Positions 8,324-14,476 of a stretch of 64,000 nucleotides of DNA are shown piece after piece. This DNA is from an uncultured Christensenella sp. Lineage in GTDB: Bacteria > Bacillota > Clostridia > Christensenellales > UBA1242. The position numbers and the translations under genes are program-made. The notes beneath the pieces are model-generated. The model did not search any database, was not told where the DNA came from, and saw nothing but the letters and a program-made list of their open reading frames with translations. The DNA is taken from contig CAJUGX010000002.1 in the NCBI GenBank assembly GCA_910586385.1, forward strand, positions 134,187-198,186, read 5' to 3'. The stretch's first letter is position 1. Every line of letters starts with the position of its first letter.

Positions 8324-10054
8324 TTACCTATATTTTCCACTTACGATCCTTTCAATTTTGTTATAGTCTTTTGTTGTTTTGATTTCTTCAAATCCACTCT
8401 CTTTGAGAAGTTTTCTCACATCACCAGCCTGACCTTTGCCCACCTCAAAAAATATCATTCCATTTGAGTTGAGTCTCTTGCCAGCCTTTGAGATAATTTC
8501 TCGATAAAAATCAAGTCCATCTTCACCACCATCAAGAGCAAGCAATGGGTCGCACTCTCTGACATTTTTGTCGAGTTTTTCAATCTCTGATGATGGAATA
8601 TATGGCGGATTCGAAACGATTATATCAAATCTTCGCTTTCTTTTCAAGTCTTGAAACAGATTTGAATGCAAAAATTCAATCTTTACATCATTTTTCTTTG
8701 CGTTTTGCTCAGCCACAGCAAGTGCCATTTTGCTTACATCAATTGCAGTGACCTTTGCATCACAGTTTTTGGCAACGGCAATGGCGATTGCACCAGAACC
8801 CGTCCCAAGGTCAAGAATTGTACAGTTTTTGAAATTCTTTTGTGCTTTCAAGACTTGCTCGACCAAGAGTTCTGTCTCCATGCGTGGCGTCAAAACCTTT
8901 TTATTTACATCAAAGCGAAGTCCATAAAATTCAGTAAAACCAAAAATATTGTCAACACTCTCTCCCTTTGCACGCCTTTCTGTCGCTTTCATAATATCTT
9001 CATATTGTTTGTCTGAAACAAATGGGACGAGTTTGATTTCTGCTCTGTTTTTGCCCAGCACGGTCGCAATAATCCATTCCGCATCACTCTTGTCAGTCAC
9101 ACCTGCCACTGCCAATTTGTTTTTGACCTCAGTCAAGACAACTGAAAATGACTTTTTATTTTCGTCTTCCATAAACTCTCTTCCTTTTTGAAGCATACTC
9201 ATCTCTTGTTTTGCAATTGACACTGTCTCAAAGTGTGTCCTTGTCGGCTTTTCATAGACAAGACAACTCGTCAACCACTTGAGAGGACTCAAGAACCTTA
9301 CATTTTCGACCACACTCAAAATCTCAAAGCAAATCATTGTTGAAAGCAAAAAGACCGCAATATGAAAGAGAAGGTTGAAAAATATGCCAAATCCTCCGCC
9401 AATCAATGTTATCACAATTATATCAGAAAGAAAAACAAAAATCAGATAATTGCAGAAATTTGAGCAACCCATTTCGCCAAGCCACCACATCTTCATCCAA
9501 TTTGTAAAAGCCCCTTTCTTTGTATCCTTTGGCACACCTTTTTTTTGCAAATCCAATTCTGCCGCTCTGTTGAACCTAAACATATCCAACACCCCATGCA
9601 AAAATCTTAGGCAGAGCAAAATCACATAAAATACAATCACCTTGCAAGCAAGGATGACAAGATTTCTCAGCATCCTGTCACCACGATAGTCCACCAAGAG
9701 ATAACCAATCTGGTTTGGCACAAAGCCAAGCAGAAGTTCAGACGCGCCAATTCCCAGAGCCACCACCAAAATCAACATAACGATTTTCTTTGTATAATAT
9801 TTTTTCAAGTCTTTCACTTTAGCCATTCCGAAAGCAAGATCAAAACTTGCAATAAGCGAAGAGAAAAACAGCGCAAGTCCGCAGAAAAAATATTGCAATC
9901 CCCTCACAAAAGGGAAATGCCAAAAGATCACCTTGTTTTTCTTTTTGAAACTTTTCAGTTTTTTTTGCCCGGTTTTGTCAGTGACAGCCACCACTTGTTT
10001 TTCATCACAGGACAAGATCACCCCATTTGGCGAAGGAAAAATAATTGTTTTCAT
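8324..10054 (-). CDS. prmC: Fusion protein: N-terminal DUF1385 (YqhQ-like) membrane domain + C-terminal release-factor glutamine methyltransferase PrmC/HemK
   Basis: The N-terminal half has HFPFVRGLQYFFCGL and multiple TM helices, a degenerate DUF1385 pattern. The C-terminal half has the SAM motif ILDLGTGSGAIAI and the catalytic IVSNPPYI. The stop at 8324 is 4 nt before the prfA ATG. The start is uncertain (ATG 10054 versus GTG 10123). Confidence 0.8.
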   Translation of the reverse strand: MKTIIFPSPNGVILSCDEKQVVAVTDKTGQKKLKSFKKKNKVIFWHFPFVRGLQYFFCGLALFFSSLIASFDLAFGMAKVKDLKKYYTKKIVMLILVVALGIGASELLLGFVPNQIGYLLVDYRGDRMLRNLVILACKVIVFYVILLCLRFLHGVLDMFRFNRAAELDLQKKGVPKDTKKGAFTNWMKMWWLGEMGCSNFCNYLIFVFLSDIIVITLIGGGFGIFFNLLFHIAVFLLSTMICFEILSVVENVRFLSPLKWLTSCLVYEKPTRTHFETVSIAKQEMSMLQKGREFMEDENKKSFSVVLTEVKNKLAVAGVTDKSDAEWIIATVLGKNRAEIKLVPFVSDKQYEDIMKATERRAKGESVDNIFGFTEFYGLRFDVNKKVLTPRMETELLVEQVLKAQKNFKNCTILDLGTGSGAIAIAVAKNCDAKVTAIDVSKMALAVAEQNAKKNDVKIEFLHSNLFQDLKRKRRFDIIVSNPPYIPSSEIEKLDKNVRECDPLLALDGGEDGLDFYREIISKAGKRLNSNGMIFFEVGKGQAGDVRKLLKESGFEEIKTTKDYNKIERIVSGKYR

Positions 10055-10090
10055 AGCATATTTATTGACATATACGCAGAAAAATATATC

Positions 10091-10119
10091 TTGACATATT
10101 TGCGGTTTGGTGATATAAT
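10091..10119 (+). promoter_or_regulatory. Consensus sigma-A promoter with extended -10
   Basis: TTGACA (10091-10096), 17-nt spacer, TGaTATAAT (10111-10119). It sits 25 nt upstream of AAAGGAGG and the ATG at 10145. Confidence 0.75.
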
Positions 10120-10144
10120 TCACCTATAGACAAAGGAGGTTTTT

Positions 10145-10903
10145 ATGCCAGAAATTAAATTTACGGCGTTTGAATTGAAAATGTTCGATCAAGGTCTTAT
10201 AAACGAAAATGGAAAAATTGTCAAAGGTGCCTTCAAAGATTGCAATTATTATCTCTTTGATGAAGGCTTAGACAAAAAAGGAGATCGCATTATTGCCGTT
10301 GGACCTTTGGCTGACAGCAAAAAGAAATCAACATTCAATGTTGTTATCCCAAAGAGCCAAATTGATTTCTTTATGAATCCACACAGCCTCTTCCAAGAAA
10401 GTCCTATGGAGCTCACCATTCTCACAACCGCAATCAGCACGGCAATGTATCCTATCTTCAATTACATTCGTGCAACATCTGCAGATTTCACTCAAGATAT
10501 TTACAAATTGGAAAATACTGTGACAAAAGGAAAACTTGCAGCAGGCGAGCTTACACTTCGTGAGAGAAAAGAATTCACAGCAAAGTACTTTGCAGAGGAA
10601 GAAAACTTTTTTGATACTCCTAAGGAAATCTATGATGAGTTCAAAAAACTGCCTACAGAATTCTTGTTGCAAAAAGATGTGTTACCTCTGATGAGAAGAG
10701 AATTGTTTACTCATATTGGGATTGATTCAATCAACTTCGAAACCCCAGAAGCCGTCGTTTCTTTGAGAGCAGTGACAACTCAAACTGTCCTCAACCTCAT
10801 AGATATCATGCAAGAGAAGCCAGAACTTGTACAACCTTCAAAAACTTTTGAAGGTGGACTCAGAGAGTTTGATGCATCAATGGAAAAAGTTGGTTCAAAA
10901 TAA
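10145..10903 (+). CDS. Hypothetical cytoplasmic protein (252 aa), monocistronic
   Basis: Clean ORF with RBS AAAGGAGG, the consensus promoter above and a strong terminator below. I recognise no motif. Confidence 0.75.
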   Translation: MPEIKFTAFELKMFDQGLINENGKIVKGAFKDCNYYLFDEGLDKKGDRIIAVGPLADSKKKSTFNVVIPKSQIDFFMNPHSLFQESPMELTILTTAISTAMYPIFNYIRATSADFTQDIYKLENTVTKGKLAAGELTLRERKEFTAKYFAEEENFFDTPKEIYDEFKKLPTEFLLQKDVLPLMRRELFTHIGIDSINFETPEAVVSLRAVTTQTVLNLIDIMQEKPELVQPSKTFEGGLREFDASMEKVGSK

Positions 10904-10920
10904 ATCATCTATCAAAACAA

Positions 10921-10953
10921 AATGTGCTTGAAAAAACCAAGCACATTTTTTGT
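10921..10953 (+). terminator. Intrinsic terminator of the 10145-10903 gene
   Basis: AATGTGCTTG/CAAGCACATT 10-bp stem, 7-nt loop, then TTTTTGTTTT. Confidence 0.8.
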
Positions 10954-10970
10954 TTTCAATATCAAACATA

Positions 10971-10997
10971 AAAAAAAGACGGGCTCTTTCGACCGTC
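10971..10997 (-). terminator. Intrinsic terminator of rpmE
   Basis: GACGG/CCGTC stem with a 10-nt loop, followed by T7 on the minus strand. Confidence 0.6.
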
Positions 10998-11022
10998 ATT
11001 TTTTATCAAAATTTGCTTAATC

Positions 11023-11226
11023 TTACAGATTGTATTTCTTTTTGAAGTTTTCAACTGTTCCGCTTGCGTCAACAACCTTCTTCTTCCCTGTGTAGAATGG
11101 GTGGCATTTGTTGCAAATATCAATTTTGAGTGTGTCGCCCTTTACACAAGAACCAGTTTTGAAGGTATTTCCACATGCACATACAACAGTTACTTCATGA
11201 TAATCTGGATGTATTTCTTTTTGCAT
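11023..11226 (-). CDS. rpmE: 50S ribosomal protein L31 (Cys-containing, zinc-type)
   Basis: [22 protein letters not shown]...[11 protein letters not shown] is the canonical L31 sequence. Confidence 0.95.
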   Translation of the reverse strand: MQKEIHPDYHEVTVVCACGNTFKTGSCVKGDTLKIDICNKCHPFYTGKKKVVDASGTVENFKKKYNL

Positions 11227-11249
11227 TTCAATAATCTCCTTTTATAAAA

Positions 11250-11513
11250 CTAATCTCCAACATAAGGAAGAAGTGCCATATTTCTTGCTCTCTTGATAGC
11301 ATTTGAAAGTTCTCTTTGATGGTAAGAGCAAACACCTGTTTGGCGTCTTGGCAAAATTTTACCTTTTTCTGTGATGTATTTTCTGATTTTTGCTACATCT
11401 TTGTAGTCAATTGTCTTTTCTCCAGCAACGCAGAAAGCACAAACTTTCTTCTTTGCAGGCTTACGAAACTTTTTGACAACTTTTTCTTCAGTCTTTACTG
11501 CTACTTCGCTCAT
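11250..11513 (-). CDS. rpsR: 30S ribosomal protein S18
   Basis: ...[50 protein letters not shown] is the canonical S18 sequence. Confidence 0.95.
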   Translation of the reverse strand: MSEVAVKTEEKVVKKFRKPAKKKVCAFCVAGEKTIDYKDVAKIRKYITEKGKILPRRQTGVCSYHQRELSNAIKRARNMALLPYVGD

Positions 11514-11595
11514 TTTCGTCTCCTTTTGGCACCGTGTGCCTTTTCATTTATAAATTGAGGGTTATCTTTTTCCCTCTAAAAACACACCTTGTGTG

Positions 11596-12021
11596 TTAGA
11601 ATGGAAGGCTGTCGTCGTCGATTTCTTCAAGTTCGGCAGTAGGTTTGTTTGAAGAACCTCTGTTTTCACTTGGAGTGTATGAAGAACCTTCGTTTTCACC
11701 GCCAACTCTTGCTCCAACAAACTCAACTTCATCAGCAATGATGTCAGTTGAAGTTCTCTTTGAGCCGTCTGCTGCGTCATAAGTAGAAATTTGGATTCTG
11801 CCAACGATTCCGCATTTAGAACCTTTCTTCAAATATTTGTGGCAGTTTTCACCAGGAATCCCCCAAACTGTGATGTTGAAGAAGTCTGCATCTCTTTCTC
11901 CGTCTTGATTTGCAAATCTTCTTTGCACTGCAAGACCGAAACGGCAAACTGACTTTCCGCCATTTGTTGTTTGAAGTTCTGGATCTCTTGTCAAATTTCC
12001 AATTAACATAACTTTATTCAT
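11596..12021 (-). CDS. ssb: Single-stranded DNA-binding protein
   Basis: MNKVMLIGNLTRDPELQ...CRFGLAV OB-fold, a Gly/Ser-rich linker and the acidic tip DDDSLPF. ATG at 12021 follows AAGGAGAA. The track start at 12087 is an upstream extension. Confidence 0.93.
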   Translation of the reverse strand: MNKVMLIGNLTRDPELQTTNGGKSVCRFGLAVQRRFANQDGERDADFFNITVWGIPGENCHKYLKKGSKCGIVGRIQISTYDAADGSKRTSTDIIADEVEFVGARVGGENEGSSYTPSENRGSSNKPTAELEEIDDDSLPF

Positions 12022-12101
12022 AATTTTCTCCTTGGGTGCCCGCGGCACACCTTCTACTGGGTCAATGACACTTTCTATTGTGTCCATGACACCTTTTTGT
12101 T

Positions 12102-12383
12102 TTACTTACGAACAAACATATGACGGCAAATTCCGTCTGTGATGTTCATAAGTTTGCCCATTGCATCAACTTCTGTTGGATCCATGTTCATGTTGAAAAT
12201 AACATAAAATCCTTCGTTTTTGAAGTTGATTGGATAAGCAAGTTTCTTCATGCCAATCTTCTCGATGCCTTCAAGGTTTCCGTTGTGAGATTCAACATAT
12301 GCTTTGAATTTTGCAATGAGTTGCTCTCTTTTCTCTTCAGAAACATCGCTTTCAACGATAAACATAAGCTCGTACTTATTCAT
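12102..12383 (-). CDS. rpsF: 30S ribosomal protein S6
   Basis: MNKYELMFIVESDVSEEKREQLIAKFK...KLAYPI is the canonical S6 sequence. ATG at 12383 follows AAAGGAGG. Confidence 0.93.
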   Translation of the reverse strand: MNKYELMFIVESDVSEEKREQLIAKFKAYVESHNGNLEGIEKIGMKKLAYPINFKNEGFYVIFNMNMDPTEVDAMGKLMNITDGICRHMFVRK

Positions 12384-12532
12384 CTTTTTACCTCCTTTTG
12401 GACTAATGGCCCTCCTGCTAAACCGCAAAAGAGCAAGGACAGCTTTCTTTTACTGCACATATAAAATAACATAAATATATATCATTGTCAAGCGTTTGAA
12501 GAAGTGTTTCCAGCACAAAATTGTGAATTTAT

Positions 12533-12740
12533 TTAATCATCAAAGTAACTTAAACTGACATTAAAATAATTTGTATATTTCTTAAGCATTTGAAAACCAA
12601 GATCTATTTTATCCGTTTCGTATTTTGCTATAGTGGATTTGTCAATCTTCAACTCTTCAGCAAGTTTAACTTGAGTAAGCCCCCTTTCCATTCTTAATGA
12701 TTTAATTCTCTTTCCAAAAGTTTCTTTAATTTTTAATCAT
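12533..12740 (-). pseudogene. XRE-family HTH regulator, apparently frameshifted in an A5 run at codons 3-4
   Basis: The minus strand reads ATG ATT AAA AAT TAA. With one A fewer it reads MIKIKETFGKRIKSLRMERGLTQVKLAEELKIDKSTIAKYETDKIDL...YFDD, a typical Cro/C1 HTH. It is not in the ORF track because the only in-frame Met leaves fewer than 60 aa. Confidence 0.55.
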
Positions 12741-12752
12741 ATTGTATAACAC

Positions 12753-12782
12753 AAAAAAAGAGGCAGTTGCCTCTTATTTTTT
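12753..12782. terminator. Bidirectional hairpin terminator
   Basis: AAGAGGCA/TGCCTCTT 8-bp stem with a 2-nt loop, flanked by A7 upstream and T-rich sequence downstream. It sits 8 nt past the stop of the 12790-13320 gene on the minus strand. Confidence 0.65.
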
Positions 12783-12789
12783 ATTACCC

Positions 12790-13320
12790 TTAAACTCTTC
12801 CTCCATCACTGCCACGTTGAACAGAATTCTTTTGAGATATTCTTGCTGGAATAGTCACCTTTCCATAAAGAGGGTTTGCCCCTCCTGAGACAGTCACGCA
12901 ATTTTTAGAAAACCACATTGACTTCCCATCAGGAAACATGTCGATTGGCACTCCACAATTTTCTGCCAACTCTTTGAGGAGTTTGCATGGCTCTTGTGGA
13001 TTTTTTGGAAGAGATACCTCTCTGCCTGACAATGTTCCCAAAAGTTTTCTTGGTTTGTGATATGTGCTGATTAAAAAATCACCATTGTGAAACTCTGCAA
13101 TTTCATCGAGTTTTTCCTCCAACGCATTTTGAAATTTTTCAATGTGATTTTCTCTCATTGCACACAAATTTCTCTTCATGTCATCTGCAAATGTAGGATT
13201 TATGAAAAGAGCATTTCCAGAATAAACACCAACAGTGTTGTACACTGCGATATCCCAATTTTCTCTGATTATGTCTGCCCACCACTTTGCTGCCAGTCTT
13301 GAACTTTCATATTTTGCCAT
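12790..13320 (-). CDS. Hypothetical protein (176 aa), paralogue A of a tandem pair
   Basis: ATG at 13320 follows AAGGAGAG (MAKYESSRLAAKWWADIIRENWD...). The longer track ORF (to 13425) would overlap the upstream gene. It shares the W-W/Y-W-A-D/E-x-I and LA..CGV...WF motifs with the 13337-13855 product. Confidence 0.7.
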   Translation of the reverse strand: MAKYESSRLAAKWWADIIRENWDIAVYNTVGVYSGNALFINPTFADDMKRNLCAMRENHIEKFQNALEEKLDEIAEFHNGDFLISTYHKPRKLLGTLSGREVSLPKNPQEPCKLLKELAENCGVPIDMFPDGKSMWFSKNCVTVSGGANPLYGKVTIPARISQKNSVQRGSDGGRV

Positions 13321-13336
13321 TTCTCTCTCCTTAATC

Positions 13337-13855
13337 TTATTGCTTTTTGCTTCTGCCAACAGATGCTTGTTTTTCGTCATAGTAAGTGACCAATCCTTTT
13401 GCGTTTGGGTCAAATCTAAGTTCAACCCTCCCCGGTGTCACAAACATCTCAACACCTTTCTTAAACCAACTATTTTCATCGTGTATGACACCACACTGCC
13501 TAGCGATGATTGCAAGTTTCATGCCGGCACCATCTTTGTCAGTGTAAAGATAACAACATTTTCTTTCTGAAACCTCTTTGACAATCTCCTTAAAAAGCGT
13601 TTGTTTAAACATGTCAAGTTGACTTTGAGTTGGAGAATGTCTCCTGAGTTCTTCCAAAAAATATTCCTTCAAATCTGGATATTCTGCTTTCAAAGCAGCC
13701 AAAACAATCGGATTTCTCTTTGCAAAAAATTCCTCTGCAACTTTCACTTTCCCATCAATATTTTTGTTGTTTTTGAGCACTTCAAAATCGATTTGTTCTG
13801 CCCAATATTCCACCGCTTCCCTTGCCGCTTTTCTTATGCTGTTTTCATTTTCCAA
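13337..13855 (-). CDS. Hypothetical protein (about 172 aa), paralogue B of a tandem pair
   Basis: This is the C-terminal part of the 349-aa track ORF. A TTG at 13855 lies 8 nt after GAGGGAG, directly downstream of a terminator hairpin. The product ...AREAVEYWAEQIDFE...KLAIIARQCGVIHDENSWFKKGVEMFV resembles paralogue A. The start codon is uncertain. Confidence 0.55.
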   Translation of the reverse strand: MENENSIRKAAREAVEYWAEQIDFEVLKNNKNIDGKVKVAEEFFAKRNPIVLAALKAEYPDLKEYFLEELRRHSPTQSQLDMFKQTLFKEIVKEVSERKCCYLYTDKDGAGMKLAIIARQCGVIHDENSWFKKGVEMFVTPGRVELRFDPNAKGLVTYYDEKQASVGRSKKQ

Positions 13856-13925
13856 CTTTTTTCTCCCTCTCTTTTCGCTTTGTATATTAACACACAACAA
13901 AGGACAAGTCAATACCAAAGTCAAC

Positions 13926-13953
13926 AAAAAAAAGAAGGATTTGCCACCTTCTT
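13926..13953 (-). terminator. Intrinsic terminator lying inside the 349-aa read-through ORF
   Basis: AAGAAGG/CCTTCTT 7-bp stem with an 8-nt loop, then T8 on the minus strand. It sits between the GNAT-homologous part and paralogue B. Confidence 0.6.
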
Positions 13954-13987
13954 TTTCTACTTCTCTTTGTTTTTTTGTCACGCCTGA

Positions 13988-14463
13988 TTTCAAATTTAAT
14001 TGATACAATTTTTGTATCCTTGGATCTTCATGATAAGTGTCAATTTCTGAAACAAATTTCCAACCAAATTTTTCATAAAGACCGTTGTGGCTTGTATACA
14101 AAAACATTTCATCAAATGGAAGGTTCTTCTTTGCTTCACGCTCCACATTTTTGAGAAGTTCTCTTCCAAATCCTTTCCCTCTGTGTTGTTCATCAATATA
14201 AACATTCGCAAGCCATGGATAAATGTCTGGTCTTGCTTTCAAATCACCCAAGGTGAATTCAAACATACCAATTATTTTGCCGTCCAAAAACAACCCATAT
14301 GTTTGTGGCAAACGTTTCTTCTGTAGAGATTTTTCCAAATAACATCTTACAGATTCGAGGGTATACCCATCTCCCCCCCCCACCACTCAAACATCCAGTT
14401 TGTCATAATTTTCATGTTTTCTTCATCAATTTTGGTGATTTATTTAAATTTTAAGCCTTTCAT
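13988..14463 (-). pseudogene. GNAT-family N-acetyltransferase, disrupted by an in-frame TAA at codon 8, a frameshift in a G9 tract, and loss of its own stop
   Basis: ATG 14463 gives MKGLKFK, then TAA, then ITKIDEENMKIMTNWMFEWWGG. A frame change occurs at G9 (14373-14381). It continues DGYTLESVRCYLEKS...ANVYIDEQHRGKGFGRELL...LYTSHNGLYEKFGWKF...KLYQLNL, which carries GNAT motif A. The frame then runs through the terminator into the next gene. Confidence 0.65.
14373..14381. repeat. G9/C9 homopolymer tract
   Basis: Nine consecutive C on the plus strand, inside the GNAT gene. Ten would join the upstream and downstream frames. Confidence 0.95.
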
Positions 14464-14476
14464 TTTCTCTCGCTCT

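Noticed and set aside
13337-14386. 349-aa ORF taken at face value as a GNAT-DUF fusion protein with a TM linker
   Set aside because: The apparent linker is the translation of an intrinsic terminator hairpin and its T-run. A good RBS plus a TTG start follows it, and the GNAT part is itself disrupted. I treat it as two genes joined by loss of a stop codon.
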